Part shown: positions 17,927 to 27,537 of the stretch, piece by piece
How positions within the stretch are numbered: the stretch's first letter is position 1
How the letters are laid out: each line of letters begins with the position of its first letter
Origin: Alphaproteobacteria bacterium
GTDB taxonomy: Bacteria; Pseudomonadota; Alphaproteobacteria; MPNO01; UBA830
NCBI GenBank assembly: GCA_038146925.1
Contig: JAYQSP010000009.1
Location: 4,265 to 68,264, forward strand
DNA length: 64,000 nt
Direction: 5' to 3'
Program-made: the position numbers and the translations under genes
Notes under the pieces: model-generated
Database searches by the model: none
The model's input: only the letters and a program-made list of their open reading frames with translations
Told to the model about the DNA's origin: nothing

Positions 17927-19462
17927 TCAGTTTCCCGTGACGATGTCCTTCAATTCGCGGCGCAGAACCTTGTTGGCGGCGTTGCGCGGCAAGGCGTCGA
18001 GAAACCGGTATTCCCGGGGCCGCTTGTAGTTCGCGAGCGCGGAGTCCCGGCACCACGCATCGAGCGTATCGGCATCGATGCCATTCGCGACGACACAGGC
18101 GACGACCCTTTCCGACCACCGATCGTCCGGCATGCCGATCACGGCCGCCTCGCGCACGGCTTCGTGCTGCATCAGGATCGTTTCGACCTCTTCGGGGTGA
18201 ATGTTCTCCCCGCCCGACACGATCATGTCATCCACCCGGCCGCACAATTCCAGATCGCCGTCGGGACGCCGGAAGATGATGTCGCCGGTCCGGTACCAGC
18301 CGCCGGTCAGTTTTTCCGCCGTCGCATCGGGCCGGTTGAGGTAGCCGAGGAACGTGGCGTCGGCCGTCGCGTCGACCAGCAGTTCGCCTTCTTCACCGGC
18401 GTCGCAGACATCGTCGACGTCGCCGCCGATCCGCCCGACCCGCACCCGCGAATAGAAACCGGGCCGGTATTGCAGCGGTCTGCCCGCGGGGTCCGGCATA
18501 TACAGCGCGTTCATGACTTCCGTCGTGCCGTAAATGTTCGTTATCCTGGCGTTGGGGAAGGCCGGTTTCACGCGGTCGAGCAACGGCCCCGGCATCACCG
18601 CACCGGCGTAAACCAGCGTGTCCACAGAACCCATGTCGGCGGGATCGAAACCGGGCGCCGCCAGCATGGCATGAAAATGCGCCGGCGCACCGAACACATA
18701 GGTGAGGCCGTGGGTTTTGATCGCTTCGACGGCGGCGGCAGGATCGAACGCGGAATGCACGTAATAAGTGCCGTTCAGCGACAGCGTCGTGACCAGCGCC
18801 GCATAGAACCCGACGGCGTGAAACAGCGGCATCAGGCCAAGCGCCCTGTTCTGCGGCCCATGGCGCAGGCCGCACTGTACCGGCACAAACAGAACGCGTC
18901 CGTCGGTGGCGCGATGCGGGATCATGACGCCCTTGGGCAACCCGGTGGTTCCGGACGTATAGAGAACGAAGGCGACGTCTTCGGGATCGGGTGGCGTCCA
19001 GGCCGTCAGGTCCGCCGCGTCGGCGCGGCAGGTTTCAAAGGTAGCCGCGCCGTCGAATTCGCCCCCGACGGTCAGGATGGGCGCGTTTTCCGGCAGCGCG
19101 GCCCCGGCCGCGGCGACGATATCTTCATCGGCGATGCAAACGGCGCCCGCCATGTCCGCATCCGCGATCAGGGACCCTGCCTCGTCCGGTTTCAGGCGCG
19201 GGTTGATCATGCAGACGACCGCCCCCAGCCGGTGCAGCGCCAGGAGCGCGATCACATGCTGCAGCACATTGGGCAGAACGGTCGCGACATACTGACCGGG
19301 CCGCAGGCCGGCCTCGGCAAGACCCGCTGCCGCGGTTTCGACCTCGTCCACCAACTCGGCGAACGTCAGCCGGCGGTCGCTGCGGTCGTCGACCACGGCG
19401 ATGTTGTCCGGCGTCCGGTCCGCGGCCAGCCATATGTGATCCCACACCGTCTGCATACCCAT
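17927..19462 (-). CDS. AMP-dependent acyl-CoA ligase, 4-chlorobenzoate-CoA ligase-like
   Basis: YTSGTTGLPKG, RVLF..Q.GLRHG..N..LGLMPL.H.VGF, NIYGTTE.MN.LYM, PGFYS.VR..RIGG; matches my recollection of the Alcaligenes 4-CBA ligase; start refined to MGMQTV. Confidence 0.8.
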   Translation of the reverse strand: MGMQTVWDHIWLAADRTPDNIAVVDDRSDRRLTFAELVDEVETAAAGLAEAGLRPGQYVATVLPNVLQHVIALLALHRLGAVVCMINPRLKPDEAGSLIADADMAGAVCIADEDIVAAAGAALPENAPILTVGGEFDGAATFETCRADAADLTAWTPPDPEDVAFVLYTSGTTGLPKGVMIPHRATDGRVLFVPVQCGLRHGPQNRALGLMPLFHAVGFYAALVTTLSLNGTYYVHSAFDPAAAVEAIKTHGLTYVFGAPAHFHAMLAAPGFDPADMGSVDTLVYAGAVMPGPLLDRVKPAFPNARITNIYGTTEVMNALYMPDPAGRPLQYRPGFYSRVRVGRIGGDVDDVCDAGEEGELLVDATADATFLGYLNRPDATAEKLTGGWYRTGDIIFRRPDGDLELCGRVDDMIVSGGENIHPEEVETILMQHEAVREAAVIGMPDDRWSERVVACVVANGIDADTLDAWCRDSALANYKRPREYRFLDALPRNAANKVLRRELKDIVTGN

Positions 19463-19622
19463 TTCGGCACTCTTCCCGTTACGTCGGAGCATCATACTGA
19501 GGCGATGCACCGCCCTTCAACCGCGGCGAGACAACGCATTGGTTAACCGAAGTTAAACCTGTCGCCGGTAGAGTTCCGGCATTCGCGCGCGTTCCCTGCG
19601 CGCTTCAACAGAGATCGCGACC

Positions 19623-20607
19623 ATGAGCAATGCAAACGCGGCGCCAGCCGACAGCCACGACAGTTTCGACAACGCCTTCGAAGCGATAGACGATCTCGAA
19701 GCCGGGACGCTCGATTTCGAAGAGGACATCAAGGCGGTCGCAGGCGTGGCCGACCAGGTCCAGGCAATCGCGAAACAGACCAATCTGCTGGCGCTGAATG
19801 CCACGATCGAAGCGGCGCGCGCGGGCGATGCCGGCAAAGGATTCGCCGTCGTCGCCGCCGAAGTGAAACAGCTGTCGGACGAAACCCGCAAGGCCACCGA
19901 CCAGATCGGCGCGACGCTGAAATCGCTGACCGCCAAGCTGGAACAGTTCGTGGCGAGAACCGAAACTGCGCGCAAATCCATCGAACACGCCCAGGACCGG
20001 TCGGGCAGCCCGGTCGGGATCGTTTCCGATACGCCGGCGCAAGAGCCCGCCGCCGCGGCGCGGATTTCCGAAGCGCCGCCCCGGGTCGAAACCGCCGCAG
20101 CGCCGGAACCGCCGCCCCCCCGCCGCGCCCGAAACCGTGCCCGAACCTGCCGCCCCCGCGAAGCCGGCACAGGCGGCCGGTCCGTGTCCGGATCTTCCCA
20201 TCTCCACCGGCGACATCAAACATGTGCAGCAGAGCTTTATCGCCATCGGCCTCGATTCCGCCGAAACGGCAGACATGTTCTACGGGCGTCTATTCGAAAC
20301 CCATCCGGATCTGGAAAGCCGCTTTACCGGCGAAATGAAAGAATACGGCCACCAGCCGATCGAAATCATGCAGGTGATGGTCGCCGGTATCCTGAGCAAC
20401 GAATCCGTCCTGCCGGTGGTTCGGGAACTGGGCAACCGGTACCGGGAATACGGCGTGGAAGTAGGCGATTATGCGGCCGTGGCAGAAGCGCTGATGTGGA
20501 CGCTGGAGCAGAAGCTTGGCGACAGGTTCACGCCGGATATCCGCAATGCCCGGGTGAACTTCTATGCCCTTATCGCGGAATCGATGATCAAGGGTCCGGT
20601 GACGTAG
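19623..20607 (+). pseudogene. Frameshifted soluble MCP signalling domain - Pro/Ala linker - C-terminal globin
   Basis: [28 protein letters not shown]; globin VQQSF....[13 protein letters not shown]...YGV..L.WTLE in +1 frame; removing one C from the C7 run at 20115-20121 joins them. Confidence 0.8.
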
Positions 20608-20613
20608 ACCGAT

Positions 20614-21855
20614 TCATTCTTCGTCCTGTTCCGGCCCGCGAGGATCCATCAGTGCCGCCGCAGGACCTGCGCGGGCAAGCGCGACGAAGGCTGTTTTGTC
20701 GTCCGGAGAAACGGGCGGCTGCCCGATGAGCCGATAAAGCGAGAATGCGCCGATCGCCAGAAAGACCGCTCCGATAAAGGCATAGAGCGCCCGCACATCG
20801 GTCAGTTCCATCAGCAGCCCCGATACCAGCGGGCCGATCACCGCGCCGACCGCATATACCAGCAGCAGACTGGCGCTCAACGACACGATATCGGTTTTGT
20901 CCGTACAGTCGTTCGCATGCGAAACCGCGAGGGAATAGACGGCAAACGACCAGCCGCCGTACCCGATGGCAAACAGATAGAACGTCATCGCGTCGGCCCG
21001 GTACGTCAAAAAGACGATTACAGCGGCCAGTACCGTGCTTAACAACGCGACCACGAAGATAACCAGACGACGGTCGTAGCGGTCTGACACCCAGCCGATC
21101 GGCCATTGCAGAATCAATCCGCCGAATATCGTGCAGGTCATGAATATCGCCGTGCCGTTTTCTCCCAGCCCTGCCTCGGTGGTGAAGACCGGCGTCAGCG
21201 ACCAGAAGGCCCCCTGTCCCATGCCGACGCCGAAACAGGCGACAAGCCCGAGCGGAGAGATCAACCAAAGCCGCCGAATGCCCAGCCGGGTATAGGATTC
21301 CAGAACGGGTTGCGGACTGCTGGAAATCGACAACGGTACCGCCGCGAGAGAAATCAGGATCGAGACGCCGCAGAACAGAACAAACCCGGATGAATCCGCG
21401 GTCAGCAGCAACAGCTGGCCGAAACCAAGCGCGCCGAGATTGACCATCATGTAGATGGCGAAGATTCGTCCCCGCGATTCCGCGGTTGCCCGGTCGTTCA
21501 GCCAGCTTTCGATCACCATGTACAACCCGGCGAAACAGAAGCCCGCGATCCCGCGCAACAATGCCCAGAAGATCTCGTCGACCATCATGATGTGGGCCAG
21601 GGATGCCGCGGACGCGATGGCCGTCAGCGCCGCATAGGTCCGGATATGGCCGACATTCTGAACCAGCCGCGGGCAGCCCAGACAACCGAGCAGAAAACCC
21701 AGATAGTAGGCGCCCATGATGAGCCCGATCGCGCTGGAGGAAAATCCCTCGCCGATGCCGCGTATCGCCAGCAACGTCGCATACAGGCCGCTGCCAAGCA
21801 GCAGCAGAGCTGTGCCCAGCAGCAGGGCGGAGACGGGAAGGACGAAGGACCGCAT
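20614..21855 (-). CDS. MFS transporter (YcaD-like)
   Basis: [53 protein letters not shown]. Confidence 0.9.
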   Translation of the reverse strand: MRSFVLPVSALLLGTALLLLGSGLYATLLAIRGIGEGFSSSAIGLIMGAYYLGFLLGCLGCPRLVQNVGHIRTYAALTAIASAASLAHIMMVDEIFWALLRGIAGFCFAGLYMVIESWLNDRATAESRGRIFAIYMMVNLGALGFGQLLLLTADSSGFVLFCGVSILISLAAVPLSISSSPQPVLESYTRLGIRRLWLISPLGLVACFGVGMGQGAFWSLTPVFTTEAGLGENGTAIFMTCTIFGGLILQWPIGWVSDRYDRRLVIFVVALLSTVLAAVIVFLTYRADAMTFYLFAIGYGGWSFAVYSLAVSHANDCTDKTDIVSLSASLLLVYAVGAVIGPLVSGLLMELTDVRALYAFIGAVFLAIGAFSLYRLIGQPPVSPDDKTAFVALARAGPAAALMDPRGPEQDEE

Positions 21856-21895
21856 AGGGTCTACCGGTCGGCCGGGATCGATACGCCGGACGCTT

Positions 21896-23002
21896 TCACG
21901 GCGTCGCGCCCATTTCCTGCATCACATCGGACACCGCCGCGACGGCCGCGCGCATGTCGTCGGGAAACACCTGTCCGATGCAGCCGATCCGGAACGAATC
22001 CGCTTTCGTCAGTTTGCCCGGATAAATCGTAAAACCTCGCGTTTGCAGCCCGGTGTAGAACCGGTTGAAATCGAATGCAGGGTCGTCCGGCATATCGAAC
22101 GTGACGATGATCGGCGCCTGCAGGTTATGAGACAGATAGGTGCGAAAGCCGAGCGCCGTCATACCATCGACCAGAACGTCGCAGTTTTCCCGGTAACGTG
22201 CGTGCCGGCCGGCAACGCCGCCCTCCTCGTCCAGTTGTTCGAGCGCGGCATCCAGCGCGGCGACGACATGCGTCGGCGGGGTGAATCGCCATTCGCCGGA
22301 TTTTTCGAATCCCGCGGCCTGGGCATGGAGATCGAGCACCACGGACGGCGCGTTTCCCGCCGACGCCGCGAGGATTTCATGTCGCGCGACGACAAAGGCG
22401 ATTCCGGGCACGCCCTCCAGACATTTGTTCGATGACGCGATCAGCACGTCGACCGGCGTCGCATTGACGTCGACCGGTATGCCGCCGAACGAGCTCATTG
22501 CGTCCACGATCAGGGAACGTCCGGCCTTCTGAACGGTCTCCGCTATTTCCGCAAGCGGGTTGAGGATGCCCGACGTGGTTTCGCAATGAACCATGGCGAC
22601 GTGGGTGATGGTGACGTCGGCATCCAGCAGTCTGCCCAGTTCGGCGGGATCGGGCGGCACATTCTCCGGCGTCTCGTAAACCGTCACCCGGCGGCCCAGC
22701 GTTTCGGCGATTGTTCCCATGCGATGGCAATACGCGCCATTCGCCGGGATCAGGACATGACCGTCCGGCGGAATGAACGTCGCCGCCGCCGCTTCCAGCC
22801 CGAATGTTCCGCTGCCCTGCAACAGCACGCAGGCGTGGGTCTCGGCGCCGCCCGCGATAGCGGCGATCCGTTCTCGGACACGGCGCGTCAGATTGATAAA
22901 GGCGGGATCGCGGGACCCCCAGTCGCGCAGCATTGCGGCGCGCGTACGCTCCGACGTTGTCAGCGGTCCGGGGGTCAGGAGAATCTGGGGCTTGTCAGAC
23001 AT
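21896..23002 (-). CDS. phnW: 2-aminoethylphosphonate--pyruvate transaminase
   Basis: LLTPGPLTTS..RAAML.DWGSRD, QGSGTF..EAA, HCETTSGILNP, DAMSSFG, PLP lysine SSNKCLEGVPG, WRFTPPTH, IYPGKLT. Confidence 0.95.
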   Translation of the reverse strand: MSDKPQILLTPGPLTTSERTRAAMLRDWGSRDPAFINLTRRVRERIAAIAGGAETHACVLLQGSGTFGLEAAAATFIPPDGHVLIPANGAYCHRMGTIAETLGRRVTVYETPENVPPDPAELGRLLDADVTITHVAMVHCETTSGILNPLAEIAETVQKAGRSLIVDAMSSFGGIPVDVNATPVDVLIASSNKCLEGVPGIAFVVARHEILAASAGNAPSVVLDLHAQAAGFEKSGEWRFTPPTHVVAALDAALEQLDEEGGVAGRHARYRENCDVLVDGMTALGFRTYLSHNLQAPIIVTFDMPDDPAFDFNRFYTGLQTRGFTIYPGKLTKADSFRIGCIGQVFPDDMRAAVAAVSDVMQEMGATP

Positions 23003-23069
23003 GGAGAATATTTAGATCAATTCCTTCGGCGTCGCAGAATCTTTTCGTAGTCCCGGCGCCGACATAAAG

Positions 23070-23114
23070 TGGGACAAATCCCAATATTGACTATTGCAAA
23101 AATATTGGGACAAT
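23070..23114. promoter_or_regulatory. Inverted-repeat operator overlapping a sigma70-like promoter
   Basis: TCCCAATATT (23079-23088) N12 AATATTGGGA (23101-23110); TGGGACAA repeated at 23070 and 23106; TTGACT-N16-GACAAT. Confidence 0.6.
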
Positions 23115-23146
23115 TGAACATTCGAAGCAAGTCAAAGGTGGGGCGA

Positions 23147-24553
23147 ATGACCGAACATGCCGAACTGATTGCGCGAATTGAATCTTACTGCCGCGGCGCC
23201 GAGATCGCGGAATCCACATTCGGACGACGCGCGGTCAACGATGGGAAATTCGTCGGCAGGTTGCGGGAAGGCAAAAGGGTGACCACGGCGACAATCGGCC
23301 GGGTGGAAAAATTCCTGGACGATCATGCGGCCGATGGGGATGAAACAGAGACATACGACCCCCGCATGAGTGCGGGAGCAAAACCAGCCACCGAGACGAA
23401 AGCGCCCGCGGATGCGAACGGCGGGGGCGAAGACAAGACCCATTTCCGGTTTTACGACAACCGCCAGAAATATCTGCTGTTCGTGAACACCTGCTCGGAG
23501 AAATGGGCCGTCGCCGACCGGGTTGGGCAGGAACTTAACCGGCTGCAGGTCCGGCCGCCCTCCCTTCGCGTTTTCGATGCGGGGATGGGGGATGGCACGG
23601 TCCTGACCCGCGTCATGCGGCACATGCACAAGCTGTATCCCACCGTGCCGTTTTACGTGGTCGGCAAGGAAATCAGCCTCGAAGACGTACGCCTGACGCT
23701 GGAAAAACTGCCCGACCGGTTCAACGAACATCCTGCCATGGTCGTCGTGATCACCAACATGTTCTACGCGGAAGCACCGTCGCTGATGCCGCGCGCGCCG
23801 GAAAACGCCGCCCGCCTGAACTGGCGCGAAGTCGCGCTGGACGGCAATTCGGCGCACGAGTTCGAGGAACAGATCGCGGCGCTGGAGCCGGAGATCGCCG
23901 ACGGATGGCAAGTCCGCACCAGCGAGAAGACCGGCAATCCGCTTTATGTCCGCCCTTCGGTGATGATCCTCTATCGCGGCGATCACAAGCTGCTGCTCGA
24001 CAACATCATCCCGCGTCCCGGCCTGTCGGTGAAAGACTACAACCTGATCATCGCGTCGCAGCCGTTCCGCCTGCGGGCATCGCTGGATCTGAAGGTGAAA
24101 CGCGTACTCGCACCGCTCGCCCGCGCACTGGCGCCCGGCGGCCGCATGCTGACGATCCATTCCCACGGCAACGATCCCGGTATCGAGATCATCAGACGGG
24201 TGTGGCCGGACGAGGACCCGTTCCAGCACAACCGCCAGGCCTTGCTGCAGGCGCTCAAGAAGGAACTCGGCCGCGACGGGCGCGACCTTAATTTCACCGC
24301 CGCCGCCGACAAGCGCGCCCTGTTCCGCTATGTGATGCATACGCTGCCCACGGAGATCGGCTCGTCCATCGGAACGTCTACCCTGATGGCTGCATGGAAT
24401 GCCGCCGTTTACGTCGCTCAGATCGAGGACGACCGCCTCGAAGCGGCCATGGCTGACAACAGCTATCTGCAGGCCACGAGCGACGTTCTGAAGGAATACA
24501 ACGGCCTCTGGTTCAACGACGAATCGTTCGTCGTCTCGCGGCGGCGCGACTGA
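23147..24553 (+). CDS. Small HTH domain fused to class I SAM-dependent methyltransferase-like domain
   Basis: N-terminal IESYC......STFGRRAVNDGKFV.RLR.G...T..T..RV..F; motif I VFDAGMGDG; start refined to MTEHA. Confidence 0.75.
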   Translation: MTEHAELIARIESYCRGAEIAESTFGRRAVNDGKFVGRLREGKRVTTATIGRVEKFLDDHAADGDETETYDPRMSAGAKPATETKAPADANGGGEDKTHFRFYDNRQKYLLFVNTCSEKWAVADRVGQELNRLQVRPPSLRVFDAGMGDGTVLTRVMRHMHKLYPTVPFYVVGKEISLEDVRLTLEKLPDRFNEHPAMVVVITNMFYAEAPSLMPRAPENAARLNWREVALDGNSAHEFEEQIAALEPEIADGWQVRTSEKTGNPLYVRPSVMILYRGDHKLLLDNIIPRPGLSVKDYNLIIASQPFRLRASLDLKVKRVLAPLARALAPGGRMLTIHSHGNDPGIEIIRRVWPDEDPFQHNRQALLQALKKELGRDGRDLNFTAAADKRALFRYVMHTLPTEIGSSIGTSTLMAAWNAAVYVAQIEDDRLEAAMADNSYLQATSDVLKEYNGLWFNDESFVVSRRRD

Positions 24554-25449
24554 TGAGCGCGCTGTCCGACGCCATCGCCGCCGGCCGTTTCGCCATCACG
24601 GCGGAAATTACGCCGCCGCTATCGGCCGATCCCGCCGACCTGCTGACGAAAGCCTCGGTTCTGAAAGGCCATGTCGACGCCGCCAACGTCACCGACGGCG
24701 CCAGCGCGCGGGCGCACATGTCGAGCGTCGCCGCGGCCGGGCTGCTGGTGCAGAACGGTATCGAGCCGGTGCTGCAATTTACCTGCCGCGACCGCAATCG
24801 TATCGCATTGCAGTCGGACCTGTTGGGCGGCGCCGCGCTGGGGGTGGAGAACCTGCTGATCCTGCGCGGCGACGATCCGTCCGCCGGCGATCAGCCGGAC
24901 GCCAAACCGGTATTCGACTACGAAAGCCGCGACCTGATGGAGTGCGCGAAGCAAATGCGCGACGACGGCACACTACCCTCGGGTCGGGAAATCAGGTCCC
25001 CGCCGAAGCTGTTTATCGGCGGCGCGGATACGCCGATGGATCCTGCCGACGAACGCTGGAAACCGGACGGACTGATCGCCAAGATCGACGCCGGCGCCGG
25101 TTTTTTTCAGACCCAGTTCTGTTTCGACGTTGATATCGTCCGTAAATACGCGGCCGCGCTGGTCGATCACGGTATCGCCGAAAAAGCCGGCGTGCTGATC
25201 GGGATCGGTCCGCTGGCGTCGGCGAAATCGGCGCGATGGATGCGGGAAAACCTCTGGGGAACGACTATCCCCGACGCGCTGATCGACCGGCTGGAAAGTG
25301 CGGAGGATCAGAAAGCGGAAGGCACGGCGATCTGCGCCGAACTGATCGCGGCTTATTCGGGGATCGAAGGCGTCGCAGGCGTTCACCTGATGGCGCCGCT
25401 CGGGGTTGACGCGGTACCGCTCGCCATCGAACAATCGGGGGTAAGATAG
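24553..25449 (+). CDS. metF: Methylenetetrahydrofolate reductase
   Basis: TAEITPP, DAANVTD, QFTCRDRNR.ALQSDLLG, LRGD, KIDAGA.FFQTQ; TGATG coupling to upstream gene. Confidence 0.9.
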   Translation: MSALSDAIAAGRFAITAEITPPLSADPADLLTKASVLKGHVDAANVTDGASARAHMSSVAAAGLLVQNGIEPVLQFTCRDRNRIALQSDLLGGAALGVENLLILRGDDPSAGDQPDAKPVFDYESRDLMECAKQMRDDGTLPSGREIRSPPKLFIGGADTPMDPADERWKPDGLIAKIDAGAGFFQTQFCFDVDIVRKYAAALVDHGIAEKAGVLIGIGPLASAKSARWMRENLWGTTIPDALIDRLESAEDQKAEGTAICAELIAAYSGIEGVAGVHLMAPLGVDAVPLAIEQSGVR

Positions 25450-25599
25450 GCCGTTCGCCGTCTCGAGGGTTTCATACCTGGCTTGCTCCGGGAAACCACG
25501 GGAAACCGTCGTCACAGCCCCTCGGTTGAAGCCGCGATACGGACAAAGGCCCGAGGAAGACAAACAGAAATTCGTCTGGAACCCAAGGGGGAGCCCACC

Positions 25600-26712
25600 A
25601 TGTCCGTCAAGCCGTTTTTCCGCGCCGATCAGGTGGGTAGCCTGCTGCGCCCGCAGAAACTTCTGGATGCGCGCCTTGACTGGAAAGCCGGAAAGATATC
25701 CGCTGAAGACCTCCGCGCCGTCGAAGACGAGGCCATCGCCGAAGTGGTGAAAATGCAGGAGGATCTCGGCCTCGAAGCCGTCACCGACGGTGAGTTTCGG
25801 CGCGAAAACTGGTGGATTGATTTTATCTCGGCCATCGACGGAATCGAGATCAGCGAACCGGACGTCGATTCCGCCTTCCACGAAAACCCCGAACACGGCG
25901 GCAATTACGTGCCGAAGAACGTACTCACCACGGGCAAGATCGGCGGCGGCGGCAGTATCTCCATTGACGATTTCGACTATCTGAACCGGTGCACGTCGAA
26001 AACGGCCAAGGTGATGATCCCGTCGCCCAGCCGCATCCATTTCCACGGCGGACGCGCCGCGGTCAGCCGGGATGTCTATCCATCCATGGACGATTTCTGG
26101 GCCGATATCGTCACGCTGTACCAGGAAGAAATCGCGGCACTGGAAAGACACGGCTGCACATATATCCAGATAGACGACCCGGTACTGACCTATTTCCTCG
26201 ACGACCGTCTGCGCGCCAACACGGCGGATATCGGGGAAGACCCGGACAAGCTGCTGGGCCTATACGGCGACGTGCTGAACGCCTGCATGGAGAAACGATC
26301 CCCCGATACCTACCTGTCGATTCATCTGTGCCGGGGCAACGCACAAAGCCAGTGGATCGCCGCCGGCAGCTACGACGCCATGGCCGAAGAACTCTTTCCC
26401 CGCGTCGATGTCGACGCCTGGTTCCTAGAATACGACGACGACCGCTCCGGCGGGTTCGAGCCGCTGCGTTTCATGCCCGACGGCACCAGGGTCGTTCTCG
26501 GCCTGATCACCACCAAGACCGGCCGGATGGAAGACCCGGACGAAATCCGCGCCCGCATCGCCGAGGCGGCGAAGGTAATGCCGCTCGACAGCCTCGCCCT
26601 GTCGCCGCAATGCGGCTTCGCGTCTATCGATATCGGCAACAAGATCGCCTTCGACGAACAGACCGCGAAACTGAAAATGATGCTGGAGATCGCGGAAGAC
26701 GTGTGGGGATAG
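25600..26712 (+). CDS. Cobalamin-independent methionine synthase II family protein (MetE C-terminal-like)
   Basis: RADQVGSLLRP, VTDGEFRR..W..DF, YIQIDDP, Zn ligands IHLCRGN, LEYD, SPQCGF. Confidence 0.9.
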   Translation: MSVKPFFRADQVGSLLRPQKLLDARLDWKAGKISAEDLRAVEDEAIAEVVKMQEDLGLEAVTDGEFRRENWWIDFISAIDGIEISEPDVDSAFHENPEHGGNYVPKNVLTTGKIGGGGSISIDDFDYLNRCTSKTAKVMIPSPSRIHFHGGRAAVSRDVYPSMDDFWADIVTLYQEEIAALERHGCTYIQIDDPVLTYFLDDRLRANTADIGEDPDKLLGLYGDVLNACMEKRSPDTYLSIHLCRGNAQSQWIAAGSYDAMAEELFPRVDVDAWFLEYDDDRSGGFEPLRFMPDGTRVVLGLITTKTGRMEDPDEIRARIAEAAKVMPLDSLALSPQCGFASIDIGNKIAFDEQTAKLKMMLEIAEDVWG

Positions 26713-26809
26713 CGCCGCAGGCGTTACCAAATCGTCGGTCCGCTTTACATTTCCCACTGAGGCATCGCCTCATAACTTCTAATGCATTGATTTAAGATGA
26801 TAAATTTTG

Positions 26810-26825
26810 TGGCATGGAAATTGCT
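26810..26825 (+). promoter_or_regulatory. Sigma-54 (-24/-12) promoter
   Basis: TGGCATGGAAATTGCT = GG-N10-GC, 67 bp upstream of the PEP-CTERM-type gene. Confidence 0.75.
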
Positions 26826-26892
26826 TTAATCTAGTCACAAGGCGCGCGATCGAATTGCGGGCCGAACCATTGTAGTGAAAGCGTAGTTTACA

Positions 26893-27537
26893 ATGACAAT
26901 CCCTCAAATGCGTTTCGCGGCGGCGGCCTTCGCCGCGGAGCTGTTTTCCACCTCGATCTCCGTTCAGGCGGCTGTGATCGTCGATCAGGAAGTCGATCTG
27001 CCCAGCTCCGGGTTTAACGACCTGACAACAACGCACTGGCAATCCTTTCAGCAGGCAGGGGACAACATCGCCGGCGCCGCCATCCGCATCGATTCCACCG
27101 GATCCAATGGTAATGCGCTGTCGGGATCGATCACACTTACCATTCTCGACGGGGCGCCGGATGGCGGCGGCAACGTCATCACGGCCGCCACCGCACTGGC
27201 GGCGACGGCGACACCGGCACCGGACGACGAACGCTGGTTCACGGTCTTCTTCGCGCCTGTCGCCGTCATACCGGATACGGTCCTCTTCCTTCAGATCACC
27301 AGCGACAACGATTTAATTTCGATCTCCAGCATCAACAGTTCACCGTATCTGCGCGGCGAACAGTTTCTCGACGGCATCGGATCGAGTAGCGGCGGCAAGA
27401 AGAGCAAGAACGCCGACACCGGATTCCGGACGTTCACGGACACGTCTTTCGCCACGACAATCCCTGCGCCCGGCATGGTGGCGATTGTCGGGTTCGCTCT
27501 GGTTGCTCTCGGCATCTCGAGACGCCGGAACCGCTAG
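26893..27537 (+). CDS. PEP-CTERM-type sorting domain protein (IPAPG variant)
   Basis: Signal-like N-terminus ending VQA, Ser/Thr/Gly-rich body, C-terminal IPAPG + hydrophobic helix + RRRNR. Confidence 0.8.
   Translation: MTIPQMRFAAAAFAAELFSTSISVQAAVIVDQEVDLPSSGFNDLTTTHWQSFQQAGDNIAGAAIRIDSTGSNGNALSGSITLTILDGAPDGGGNVITAATALAATATPAPDDERWFTVFFAPVAVIPDTVLFLQITSDNDLISISSINSSPYLRGEQFLDGIGSSSGGKKSKNADTGFRTFTDTSFATTIPAPGMVAIVGFALVALGISRRRNR

Noticed and set aside
17927-19462. Complete 4-chlorobenzoate hydrolytic dehalogenation (fcb) pathway
   Set aside because: Only the ligase-like gene is present; no dehalogenase or thioesterase in the window
19543-19557. CtrA box upstream of the MCP-globin gene (TTAA-CCGAAG-TTAA)
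   Set aside because: Spacing is 6 nt rather than the canonical 7; at best a half-site
19623-20729. Intact 368-aa MCP as given in the ORF track
   Set aside because: After the C7 run the frame becomes Arg-rich nonsense overlapping the convergent MFS; the coding signal moves to the +1 globin frame
25450-25599. Cobalamin, SAM or SAH riboswitch in the leader of the MetE-like gene
   Set aside because: A CCTCGG/CCGAGG stem is present, but I cannot find the conserved cores of these riboswitches; an Rfam/Infernal scan would settle it
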